DNA of 64,000 nucleotides from an uncultured Alphaproteobacteria bacterium (lineage in GTDB: Bacteria > Pseudomonadota > Alphaproteobacteria > Rhizobiales > Hyphomicrobiaceae). Shown piece by piece: positions 53,524 to 63,738 of the stretch. The translations under genes and the position numbers were made by a program. How positions within the stretch are numbered: the first letter of the stretch is position 1; each line of letters starts with the position of its first letter. The stretch lies in assembly GCA_963831345.1 (NCBI GenBank), contig CAWHPZ010000039.1, positions 33,118 through 97,117 of the forward strand. The letters run 5' to 3'. The notes under the pieces were generated by a model. That model was not told the origin of the DNA. It worked only from the letters and a program-made list of their open reading frames with translations, and ran no database searches.

Positions 53524-55843
53524 TCATGCCCCGTCATGGTAGTAGCTCGTGTACTTGTCGCGGTAGTACGAGGTCGAGCCCGTCGAACTCGTAAAGCTTA
53601 AGCGAGTTGAGCTTGACCTTGTTGTAGATCACGCCAAGGCACTTGGAGCTGATCTGCGGCTCGGCGTCGAGCGTGGTGCGGACGAGGCGGCGCGAGGTCT
53701 TGCCCCATTCGACGACGAGGAGCACGGCATCGAGCTGTGGAGACAGAGCGCGGCTGTCCACGACGGCGCCCAGCGGCGGAAGATCGATGACGATGTACTG
53801 ATAGGAGTCGCGCGCCTGCCGCAGCACGGACTTCATGCCAGGAGAAGCCAGGAGCTCGGAGGTATGCGGAAGACGACGCCCGATCGCGGCCGGCAGGAAG
53901 GACAACGAGGTATCCTCCTCGCGCAGGACCACGTCCTTGAGCGGCACACCTTCGAGAACGGCATCAACGATGTTAGGGCCGGTCGGCGACCCGAGCGCGC
54001 GGGTCAGGCTCGGGTTCCTTATATCGGCGTCGATGAGCAGCGTCTTGGCTCCAAGGTGGGCAAGCAGCGAAGCGAAGTTCTTGGAAACAGTGGACTTGCC
54101 CTCGTGTGACAACACCGAGACGATGCCGATCACTTTGGTGTCGTTGTCGGCGAGACTGAGGTCGGCTGCGATCTTCGCCGAGCGCAAGGTCTCCGCAAAT
54201 CCTGACAGCGGGTGCTCGACCACGTAACGCATGATCGACGCCTGTTTGCCGATCGTGAGCGGGGCGGGGTCAGTGTCCTCCCCGCGTTTTTTCCTGCGGC
54301 TTGACCGTGCATTGACGTCGGTGCTGCCCGCGACCGCGGGCAACAAGCCGATGAATTCGAGGCCAAGCTCGTCGCGGACCTGATCAGCCATGCGGAAACC
54401 TGAATCACTCATCTCGCGCAGCACGCCGAAACAGACACCCAAGCCGATGCCGAACAACAGCGAGAGCGCCATAATCTTCATTTTCTGCGGCTTGCTCGCG
54501 GCGTACGGCGGCTGCGCGCTCCTGATGACGCGTGCGTCGGTAATCGGGAACGACTGGTTCTGCACGACCTGCTGATAGCGCTGCAGGAACGACTGATACA
54601 GCGTGCGATAGCTTTCAGATTCGCGTTCGAGCTCGCGTAGCGCTACCAGCGTCTCATTCGAGGATGCATTGGCGCCAACCAGGCTGGCGAAATTCTCCTT
54701 CAGAGCCTCCTCGCGGCGCTTGGCGATATCGAGCTCGCTGCGATAGACCTCGGCGATACGGCCGAGCTCATCGAACATCAACCGCTCGTATTCCTTCATT
54801 TCCGAGCGCAAGTTGACCACAGCGTCATGGTCGGGACCGAGCTTCTGCAACAGATCGGCCTGGCGCTGCGCGGCGTTGACGTATTTCGTCCGCAGCTGCT
54901 CGATCACCGAGTTGCCAATGGCCTCCGTCACCACCGCATCGGTCATGTGGCCATCGAGAATGGTCTTGATGCGGTCGTAGCGGGCCTCGGCGCGTGCTGT
55001 TTCGGCGCGCGCGGTCACGAGCTGCGTATTCACCTCTCCGAGCTGCTGCTCGTTGACGAGCTTTCCGCCCGAAGAAATGAGGTTGTTGCTGGCCTTGAAG
55101 CGCTGAACGGCAAGGTCGGTCGTCAAAACCTGCTGCTTCAGCTCGGCCATGCGGTCTTCGAGCCAGGCGCTGGCGCGTTTGGCGGCATCGAATTTTGCGT
55201 CGAGCTGATCAACGAGATAGGCGTCGGCGAAAGCGTTGGCGACGGTCGCCGCCTTGTCGGGACTGGGCGACGTATAGAACACCTAAATCAGAAGCGTGCG
55301 CGGTACACGGAAGGCGTCCATGCCGGCCCTAACCGCATCAGCAGCCTGTATGCGCCGCGTCGCCTCGTTGTCGATGACGGGGGCCCTTTTAGGTTCGGGC
55401 CAGACGCGCGCTTTGATGTCCTTGAGAATACGCTTCAGGACGCTTGGCTGGGGGGGCGGCTCGCTGTCCGTCTTGCGGGTGAGCTGCAGCTTGTCGACGA
55501 CGTACAGCGCCACCTTGTCGGACTTCAGAACTTCGACCTGACTCTCGACGAACGAGGCGCCCGCGTCGAGGGCCGGACCCAGCGTATCATAGGCGTCCTC
55601 GACACCGCGAAGGCGCTTGTTGTCGAGCAGCAGCGTTGTCGAGGCGGTGTATTGGGGCACGGCGGTCGCGAGATAGGCGCCGCCCAGCATCAGCCCCAGG
55701 ATGGAGCAGATGATCAGAACCGCCAGCTGCCGGCGTGCTGCGGCGAGGTAGATTTCGATCTCGCGATTATGACGCGGATCAACGATCTTTGCGGTCTCAG
55801 CCGGATGGCGCACGCCATCGTGCCTGGGTACGGAATGGAGCAT
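53524..55843 (-). CDS. exoP: Polysaccharide co-polymerase/tyrosine autokinase; in-frame TAG at 55283-55285 and frameshift near 53580
   Basis: Wzz domain, coiled coil, Walker A HEGKST, IDADIRNP, IDLPP; restored tail SYYRDKYTSYYHDGA*. Confidence 0.88.
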
Positions 55844-55908
55844 CAGTTAAATACAGCCTCTTCCTCAGCAGTAGCCAAGGTCCGCCTCAGCATTCGGGAG
55901 CCTGCACC

Positions 55909-56721
55909 TTATCTGGTGGGGCTTACCGTGTTCTTGCTGATTTCGGTCTGCCCACCACCGCCGCCGCCTGAAAATGTCAAACCTGGTTTCCCAATCGTAA
56001 ACGGACCCAGATTGAATTTCGGTCCGGGCGTAATTCCGTCGGCCAAATAAGGTCCGGCGCCGGGGCTCTGCGGCTTAACGGGTAGCTCCTTCGTGCGAGC
56101 AACGATCTCAGCCGTGCTGGGCTTGGGGATCTCGGCGGGCTCAATCATGATACGCGCGGGGTCAGCCGGGAGTACGCCCGGAGGCGCAGTCATTGACAGC
56201 TCACCCTTGACCTTCTTCTTCTGGATCAGGGCTTGCGCAGGAAGATGCGTGACGAAGGCAACGGTGAGACTTGGAAACTTGGCGCTCGTGACCTCATCGC
56301 CGATCTCGGCGGCAAGCTCAGGCAGCATGTCGCCACAACGGCGAATGACATCCGCGAGACCGGCGCCGATGGCGGTCACCTGTTCCGGCGTAGCGGTCTT
56401 TGCTGCGATCAGAATATCGTGGATCTTGCTCGCGTCGCTCAATGCGAGCTTGCGGACCTTGGCGGAGAGGACAGGACCTCCGAGGCGATGCTCGGCCAGC
56501 AGATCGGACAAGGTCGACGCGCCGACCAATCCGGAGTTCACGCTGAGATTGATCGCGGAAGGGAGGCACGGGTCGATCTTGTCGTCGGACACGATCTGAT
56601 CGGATGCGGATGCATGCGACGCGAACGCCACGACAACGCCAAACGCGAGAGCAGAGCCAAGAGCCTTGCCGGCTCCCTTGCGGGCTCCATAGACGGCGCT
56701 CATCCAGCCACTTTTACGCAT
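55909..56721 (-). CDS. Secreted hypothetical protein with Pro/Gly-rich tail ending VSPTR
   Basis: Signal peptide ending ASA; helical domain; low-complexity C-terminus. Confidence 0.7.
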   Translation of the reverse strand: MRKSGWMSAVYGARKGAGKALGSALAFGVVVAFASHASASDQIVSDDKIDPCLPSAINLSVNSGLVGASTLSDLLAEHRLGGPVLSAKVRKLALSDASKIHDILIAAKTATPEQVTAIGAGLADVIRRCGDMLPELAAEIGDEVTSAKFPSLTVAFVTHLPAQALIQKKKVKGELSMTAPPGVLPADPARIMIEPAEIPKPSTAEIVARTKELPVKPQSPGAGPYLADGITPGPKFNLGPFTIGKPGLTFSGGGGGGQTEISKNTVSPTR

Positions 56722-56936
56722 TGACGCAACTCCTCAGGCAACTCTGGTCAACGCTTTGATCAACTAAAGGAAACCAGTACGAGATTTATATCGCAAAACT
56801 CGGGCCAGCTCAATCGCGCGCTTGACGATGGCCGCTGTATCGGCTCGCAAGGTTAACCCTCGCTCTGCACTATGAAAATCGCCATTAACCGTAATTAATA
56901 CAGAACCGCGGAGAGACGAGCGGGTGTCCTGAAAAG

Positions 56937-57698
56937 CTACAGTGCCAAGCCCTTCGCGATCAGCGCGACTTCGGTGCGGTTTCTCGCGCTCAACTTCTTC
57001 ATGATGTTGCGGACGTGAACCTTTACGGTGCTCTCGCGCATATTGAGCTCATGGGCGATGGTCTTATTCGGCTTGCCCATGCAGAGCGCCCGTACCACCG
57101 CCGTCTGGCGCGTGGTGAAGATTGGCGCGGCGTCCTTGCCGTTGGCATGAGGCTTATCCCGCGGGCCTCGCGCCGTCAGGACGCTGCTTGCCGGGACGAA
57201 TACACCTCCGGCGGCGATAAGCCGGATCGCCTCGACGACAATATCGATGGAGAGGCTCGTAGGGATATAGCCACGAGCGCCGGCTTCAATGGCGAGCAGC
57301 ACTTGATCCAGGTCCTCGGTATCAGCAATGACGACCGTCGGCAGGCGGCTCGCAACCTCCGAAAACAGCATGGCAGTGCCTTGATCCGCGAACGAGCCGA
57401 AATCGCTCAGTTTGCAGACAACCACCTGGGTTACCTGTTGCAGTCCGGCGGTGCCGAGCCAGCTTTCAAGATCAAGGAAGGTCGACGTCTTCGCTCCCAG
57501 GCCTGTGCGAAGGCAGGTGGCGAGGCATTGAGCGAACAGAACTTGCTTGCCGACGACGACGATGTGCGGCTCGCACCCGTCGCCGATGTGCTTCTTGATC
57601 AACTCCCCCGTACGCCCCTTTTGTTGTACGAGGGACTTGCGGTTGGATCCGGTCCGAAGCTCTAAAGCCTTAGAGTGGGTACCGTTCGACGTAGCCAT
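56937..57698 (-). CDS. LuxR/NarL-type regulator with atypical receiver domain
   Basis: GARGYIP, C-terminal FTTRQ..GKPNKTIAHEL..STVKVHVRNIMKKL. Confidence 0.9.
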   Translation of the reverse strand: MATSNGTHSKALELRTGSNRKSLVQQKGRTGELIKKHIGDGCEPHIVVVGKQVLFAQCLATCLRTGLGAKTSTFLDLESWLGTAGLQQVTQVVVCKLSDFGSFADQGTAMLFSEVASRLPTVVIADTEDLDQVLLAIEAGARGYIPTSLSIDIVVEAIRLIAAGGVFVPASSVLTARGPRDKPHANGKDAAPIFTTRQTAVVRALCMGKPNKTIAHELNMRESTVKVHVRNIMKKLSARNRTEVALIAKGLAL

Positions 57699-57881
57699 GA
57701 ATGCTATTTCCCGCCTCGAGCACCTATTTCGATACCGTACGTATACGGTAGGATCTTAACACTGCTCACACCTCTTCACACATATTGTTAGCATGCAATG
57801 TTATTAATCTAGATTTTATGCCTTTATGGGTATCCCCATGCATTCATGTGAGATTATGGTTTACTTGGACCCCTACTTCGG

Positions 57882-59289
57882 ATGAATTGTCGCAGGGCCG
57901 CCATCGCTGAAGCCGGCTTCTATTTTCTTAGCTGTAGCGGTCGCAATTGCGGCGGTCCCGCTCGGCTCGGTCGATGCTGCAAGTGCCGGCGTTCTCGGCC
58001 TTTTGCTTTCGTTCTCTCTCATCTCGTCGCTGCTGGCCTCGCCGCCCACACCGGCGGCGTCTCGGATCATCGGAGTGACTGCTCTGCTCTGCGCAGGGCT
58101 CGTTGCGTGGACCATATTGCAGGTGATCCCGAATGCTGCGCACTTGTCCGTGGATCGCTTTTGGGCGGCGGCATCAGAGCTTACCGGCAGCACCTCCGCG
58201 CCCTTGGCGTCGGCGCGCTACCAGCCGCTGGCCTCGATCGGATACGTCATGCTGCCGCTCGCGACTTTTATCGCGGCCCTGGCGAACATTCGCGATACGC
58301 GCGGCTTCACCCGCTCGGCCGACATCATCCTCGGCATCAGCGGGGCGGTGAGCGCGGCCGCGCTCCTTCAGTATTGGGCTTATCCGGGCCGGCTCCTGTT
58401 CGAGGAGAAACACCACTATCTCGACTTTTTCACGGGAACTTTCGTCAATCCGAACACGGCCGCGACCTATTTCGGTGTACTCACACTGCTCTCGCTCGCA
58501 CTCATGTCTCGCCCGTGGAGCGTTCTCCGGCCGATGGCTTTTCTGCGCTCGAACCGCCGCTGGCTGCCCGACGACAGCAGACAGGCTGCCGCTCTCGCTT
58601 TCTATGCCGGCCTTGCCTTCATCTTCGCGCTCGCGCTGTTTCTCACGCGATCCAGAGCCGGCGTGCTCGCCTCTCTCGCAGCCCTTGCTGCTCTCGCCGC
58701 GGGGCAGGCGTACTTGTCGTTGCGGCGCAAATACTCCACGACGACGGCTCTCAGCGGCAGCCTGCTCGCGATCGGCGCGGTCGGCGGCCTCTTTGCAATC
58801 TTCGGCTCGCGTCTCCTGCTCCGCATCGAGACCGAAGGTCTTGTCGACGAGCAGCGGCTCTGCACCTACAGATCCACCTGGCAGGCGATCAGGGAGCACC
58901 TTCCGTGGGGAACGGGAGCAGGAACCTTCCAGGACGTGTTTCCGGCCTACCGAGCCGACGCGTGCGGCATCGAAGGGTACTGGGAGATGGCTCACAGCGT
59001 GCCACTCGAAGGCCTACTCACCTTTGGCGGCGCATTTCTGGCGGCGACCCTCATCGCCTATGTGACGCTCATCGCAATCTACGCGAAGGGGTTGAGAGAG
59101 CGGCGGCGCTACCGATATGCCCCTCTCGCCTGCCTTTCGATTTTGCTTCTCATCACACTGCACTCGACCGTCGATTTTTCGTTGCAGATCCCAGCCGTGG
59201 CGCTGCTCGTGGCATGGGCTCTCGGGGCTGGAGCCGCCATCTCCGTGGGGCGTTCGAAAGAAGCAAGCTTGGCGCCATCCGCCGGCTAA
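57882..59289 (+). CDS. O-antigen ligase (WaaL/O-OTase-like) family protein; frameshift near 57930
   Basis: GTFVNPNTAA, TRSRAG, GTGAGTF, AHS, LHSTVDFSLQIP. Confidence 0.88.
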
Positions 59290-59552
59290 GCCTCGAAAGT
59301 TAACTGTATTTTATCCACATGTTGCCGTTCGGCGACAGGCTGATCCAATTCACACTCGTCCCTAAACTTGGCTGACCTTGTTCACAGCGCATCAAGCTAT
59401 ACGGATAGGACTTAGTGGTTGGGCGTATGGGCTGATCGTCCGGGCGTGGTCGTGAGTTTCGCGATCTAAACGCCCCGCCTGCTCCAATACATGCATTGAT
59501 TTCCTTCGTCGTTGTTCTGCGTTCGGATGACCTTAAGGTGAGGTGTCGTCGA

Positions 59553-60803
59553 ATGCGCACGAATACGAGGAGTCGCGCCTTCGCCGTGGCTACGGCGTCT
59601 GCGATGATTGCCGCATGCACACAGCTTCCCGTGGACGGACCTTCACACCGCTCCGTTGACCGCGGCGCATCGACGTCGCTTCTCACGGAGCCCCGCGAAG
59701 TCGTCGTCCCCTACGCCTTGGTGGATATCAGCGAGGCCGTTCTCGCGAACCAGGTGGATGGCGGGCCCGGCTCGTTCTTTGGCAGCTTCGGCACCAGCAA
59801 GAGCGGTCCGCCTTCCGTATTGGTCGGCGTCGGCGACGTTCTGCAGATTTCCGTATTCGAGTCCCGCTCAGGCGGTCTCTTCATTCCGGCCGACGCTGGC
59901 GTCAGGCCCGGCAACTACGTGACGTTCCCTACACAAACGGTCGATCGCTCCGGCAATATCTCGATCCCGTTCGCGGGCGCGGTTCGCGCGGCCGGCCGCA
60001 CCTTGACCGCAATCCAGCATGACATCGAAGCAAAGCTCGAGAATCGGGCAATCGAGCCGCAAGTCATCGTCACGTTCCAAGAACAGAACGCTACGGCGGT
60101 GTCGGTCTTCGGCGACGTGATCAATGCGGCAAACCGCTTCAATATCCGCCAAGGTGGCGACCGTATCCTCGACATGGTCTCGCGCGCCGGCGGCGTCAGG
60201 TATCCAGGCTACGAGACCTACGTCACGCTGCAGCGTGACGGGCGGCGTGCCACGGTCTATTTCCCGACGCTGATCAACAACCCGGCCGAGAATATCTACG
60301 CAAACCCCGGCGACTCGATCTACCTCTTCCGCGAACCGCAGAAGTTCGTCGCTCTCGGCGCAGTGGCGACCGCCGGCCAGACGTTCGGCCTCACCGGTCA
60401 GTTTGCCTTCGAGCAAGAGAAGCTGTCGCTCAATGAAGCCCTTGCCAAGGCCGGCGGCCTCATCGACAACCGCGCCAATCCAAGCCAAGTGTTCCTCTAC
60501 CGCTTGGAATTCCGCAGCGTGCTCGAGAACATCGGCGCGAACCTCAACCATTTCCCGCCGGACATGAAGATGATCCCGACGGTGTACAGGTCGAATTTCC
60601 GCGATCCTTCGGCCTTTTTCTACACTCAGGGCTTCAGGATGCGTAACCGTGACAGCATTTATGTCGCCAACGCAGACTCCATCGAGGTCACTAAGTTCCT
60701 GAACTACATCACGACCATCACCTCGACCGTATCGGGCGTCGCAACCGACAGCGTCGTGACGGGTGATGCTCTCTCCGGCCGCCACGTTCTGGGCAAAGAC
60801 TAA
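59553..60803 (+). CDS. wza: Polysaccharide export outer-membrane lipoprotein (Wza/ExoF-like)
   Basis: Lipobox IAAC, GVGDVLQISVFE, ISIPFAG, SLBB repeats. Confidence 0.92.
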   Translation: MRTNTRSRAFAVATASAMIAACTQLPVDGPSHRSVDRGASTSLLTEPREVVVPYALVDISEAVLANQVDGGPGSFFGSFGTSKSGPPSVLVGVGDVLQISVFESRSGGLFIPADAGVRPGNYVTFPTQTVDRSGNISIPFAGAVRAAGRTLTAIQHDIEAKLENRAIEPQVIVTFQEQNATAVSVFGDVINAANRFNIRQGGDRILDMVSRAGGVRYPGYETYVTLQRDGRRATVYFPTLINNPAENIYANPGDSIYLFREPQKFVALGAVATAGQTFGLTGQFAFEQEKLSLNEALAKAGGLIDNRANPSQVFLYRLEFRSVLENIGANLNHFPPDMKMIPTVYRSNFRDPSAFFYTQGFRMRNRDSIYVANADSIEVTKFLNYITTITSTVSGVATDSVVTGDALSGRHVLGKD

Positions 60804-60849
60804 GAGGGCAGCCGACCGCGTCAACGACTGCTGTTGACGGCCAACACAC

Positions 60850-60885
60850 AGAAGCCCGCGAGCACTCAGGTGCTCGCGGGCTTCT
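60850..60885 (+). terminator. Hairpin terminator after wza
   Basis: AGAAGCCCGCGAGCAC-TCAG-GTGCTCGCGGGCTTCT perfect 16-bp stem. Confidence 0.8.
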
Positions 60886-61142
60886 CTGCGTGCTCATTCC
60901 CCCAGACGTAGCATTTGGTATTACGCCCAGCCCTCCAAGGTGGCACGCCGTACGTCCTTTGGCGCCTTGCTCTTTGCTGCATAGCGGAAATATGATCGAT
61001 CAAATCTTTATTGCATAAGAAAAGCTTTGTTAGCCAATTGCATAGGTCCGTTCATTTCAATCGCCAGTCTTGAAGTGCGGGAGACGGCGAAGTTGCGTCT
61101 TGAGTAGGGGTGCGTGCGGCACCTCAGCGGGAAAGATTAATC

Positions 61143-62024
61143 ATGCAGGGGTATGACCTCATTTCGAATGCAGGGCCTGCTCGCAGTTCGAGAGATGTGC
61201 CCCGCTCCCCCGCCAACTTAACCATGGGTTCGGCCTCGCTCGAGGCTTTCAGGAGCGACCCCTTCAGGAGCGACCCTGAATGGTGCACGGTCGTTTCCTC
61301 CGTGCGGACGTCGGGTGTCGGGGCTCTGGTCGGGCTCGATCCGGCTCTCGACAGGCGTCTTGATGCGCCTCTTGTTAGGGCTGCAGCTAGCAAAGCCCGT
61401 AGCGCCACACCGGTCGGGGGAAGCGTAAAGCGGGGGGTCGACTTGACCTTCGCCGTATGTGCACTCGTCGTTCTAGCGCCCATGCTGTTGTTCCTCGCCG
61501 TGCTTATCCGGGCCGTGACGGGCAGCAGCCCTATCTTTGCGCACGAGCGGGTGGGGTTTGGAGGACGGTCGTTCCGCTGCTTTAAATTCCGCACGATGAA
61601 GCTCGAGGCCGACGAGATCCTCAAGCAGCATCTGGCCGCGAACCCGCAAGCGGCCGAGGAGTGGGAACAGACGCGCAAGCTCATGCACGATCCGCGCATC
61701 AACTGTCTTGGAAACGTGCTGCGCAAATCGAGCATCGACGAGCTGCCTCAGCTCATCAACGTGCTTAAGGGCGACATGAGCCTGGTCGGTCCACGCCCTG
61801 TCACTCCCGCGGAGATGGAGCGCTATGGCCGGCGCGTACAGCAGTATATTGCCGTTCGCCCAGGCGTAACGGGGCTATGGCAGATCAGCGGAAGAAGCCG
61901 GGTAAATTACTCCACACGTGTGGCCATGGACTGCCACTACGTGCGCTCATGGTCGATCTGGCGCGATGCGGCCATCCTGATCAAGACCATTCCAGCTGTG
62001 ACGAAATTCGACGAGACGGCCTGA
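61143..62024 (+). CDS. exoY: Priming sugar (galactosyl)phosphotransferase
   Basis: KRGVD, HERVGFGG..FRCFKFRTM, EWEQTRKL..DPRI, KSSIDELPQL, RPGVTGLWQISGR. Confidence 0.85.
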   Translation: MQGYDLISNAGPARSSRDVPRSPANLTMGSASLEAFRSDPFRSDPEWCTVVSSVRTSGVGALVGLDPALDRRLDAPLVRAAASKARSATPVGGSVKRGVDLTFAVCALVVLAPMLLFLAVLIRAVTGSSPIFAHERVGFGGRSFRCFKFRTMKLEADEILKQHLAANPQAAEEWEQTRKLMHDPRINCLGNVLRKSSIDELPQLINVLKGDMSLVGPRPVTPAEMERYGRRVQQYIAVRPGVTGLWQISGRSRVNYSTRVAMDCHYVRSWSIWRDAAILIKTIPAVTKFDETA

Positions 62025-62062
62025 CGACTCCCCCGCGCTCTGCCGAGGTCTTCTCGCGTGGT

Positions 62063-62371
62063 TCAGCGATGGATTGCCATGCGGCCATTGTCGGCGACGG
62101 CGTGATGCCGGGCGACTGTTTCGCTCCCGGACTTGACGGCGGAACGAGCGCGCGCGCAGGAGATCGCAAAGCCCAGCAGATAGCCCGCGTTGAGCGAGCA
62201 CAACATCGCCAACGTATTGACCAATGTCGCAGCCGCCGTCCAATTGGCAAAGGGGCTCACGCACAGCATCGCGAGTACGCCGACCATGCCCGCGGCGATC
62301 AGCGCGCCGACTCGATAGCGCGCGCTCAGCAATAGTCCGGCGCCGCCAGCGAAGATACCTGCCCAAAGCAT
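62063..62371 (-). CDS. Small membrane protein, possibly ExoX/PsiA-like EPS repressor
   Basis: GGGAGA RBS; three hydrophobic segments ending TLAMLCSLNAGYLLG followed by a polar tail; adjacent to exoY. Confidence 0.55.
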   Translation of the reverse strand: MLWAGIFAGGAGLLLSARYRVGALIAAGMVGVLAMLCVSPFANWTAAATLVNTLAMLCSLNAGYLLGFAISCARARSAVKSGSETVARHHAVADNGRMAIHR

Positions 62372-62768
62372 CTGAGTGTCTCCCTGAATGCTAAGCGGTA
62401 GCACGTGGCGCACCTCTGTCACACAATCCGTGGGCGAAAAAAGGACGTTTTGTCCTGTATCCACCAAAAACATCGTCCAACAACAAATGCATATCGACGG
62501 TAAAGCCTTTCCTAACGCGGCGGCTGCAATGAAGCACATGCATACCATCGCTCAAAAATGCGAGCATAAGCTTCGTCGTCATATGTGATCGACGCTCATA
62601 CAGTCTTGGAGCAGAGGCAAACGACCTTCAATTTGTTGCCTCTGGCTGAAACAAAGGATCTCATCGCGACCCTGCCCACTTTCCAAGATGGCGGTTTTAA
62701 CGCGGTGCGGTAAATTTTGTTCCGTACACCCGCGCAGGCAATCCAGGCGACAGGCTGAACAGGTTTTT

Positions 62769-63725
62769 ATGTCCAAATTCAAAAAGAAGCCTGCTTCGGA
62801 ACGTGTGTGGGGCGATGGACTCATTGAGCAATCGCTCGGCGCATTTTACGGCCACGTGACATGGGACGACGTTTCCGGCGACGAATTGCCGATTCTAATG
62901 CCGGCGCTGGCTGGGCGCAGACCAGGGGCGGAGACCTCGCGAAACTCCGCCTATTTTGTGCAGCGCACACTCGTCGCGCGCATATTCCACTGCATGATAC
63001 GCATGGCCAGCCTGACGGAAGGCGACGATCCGCCCTCTCTGGCGGCGCGGCGGGCCGCGCTCGACACCATCGTTCGCAGCCAGGTCGTGACTGCGGTCTC
63101 CCCCATCGACGCGGCCTCGGCCGGCGAAAGCGTGTGGGTCGAGCTATTCGGATCGGAGCCGGCCTCGCGCTCTGCAACCGAGGGGCCGCTTCCCAATCTC
63201 CGGAACGAATGGCTGCTCGAACTCTCCATCCTTGCCTCCCTCGACCGCCTTCTCAATGATGCGCGCCGGTTGAAGCGAGGCGGCGCTGAACCCTCAACGA
63301 CCCGCATTCAGCCTTCGGACGCCCTCATCGCCTCGATCTATTCGAGCATCAACGCGGCTTATATCTATCCCGAGCTCGAATTCATGCACGAGATGCTGAT
63401 GCTCGGCGCATGGCTCGGCTTTCTCGAGCGCGGACGTCCGGCTCTGCTGCCGAATACGATTGCCCAGCGGCTCCTCCGCTATCTCGGAGAAAAGCCCGCA
63501 AAGATTCCGGCCACAGACGACGGCAAATGCGAGGCGCTCATCCGCGTGCACAGCGGAATGGCCGGACCGCGAGGGTGGCTCGCGAACGAGGCCAGACGAA
63601 TTTGTCAAACGGGGCAGCCCAGCATCATCAAACCCAGCCCGACCGCAAACCCGCGGCACGTGCGCATTTTGGTCGTCAACGCGGCACTGAAGCAGCGTCT
63701 CGAGGCAAGCGGAGCGCTGCTCTAG
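62769..63725 (+). CDS. Hypothetical protein
   Basis: 318-aa open frame with no recognisable motif. Confidence 0.65.
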   Translation: MSKFKKKPASERVWGDGLIEQSLGAFYGHVTWDDVSGDELPILMPALAGRRPGAETSRNSAYFVQRTLVARIFHCMIRMASLTEGDDPPSLAARRAALDTIVRSQVVTAVSPIDAASAGESVWVELFGSEPASRSATEGPLPNLRNEWLLELSILASLDRLLNDARRLKRGGAEPSTTRIQPSDALIASIYSSINAAYIYPELEFMHEMLMLGAWLGFLERGRPALLPNTIAQRLLRYLGEKPAKIPATDDGKCEALIRVHSGMAGPRGWLANEARRICQTGQPSIIKPSPTANPRHVRILVVNAALKQRLEASGALL

Positions 63726-63738
63726 CGTTCTGCAGCTA

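Noticed and set aside
61248-61276. 15-bp in-frame duplication (FRSDP twice) in the exoY N-terminus
   Set aside because: Lies in a non-conserved extension; ordinary slippage
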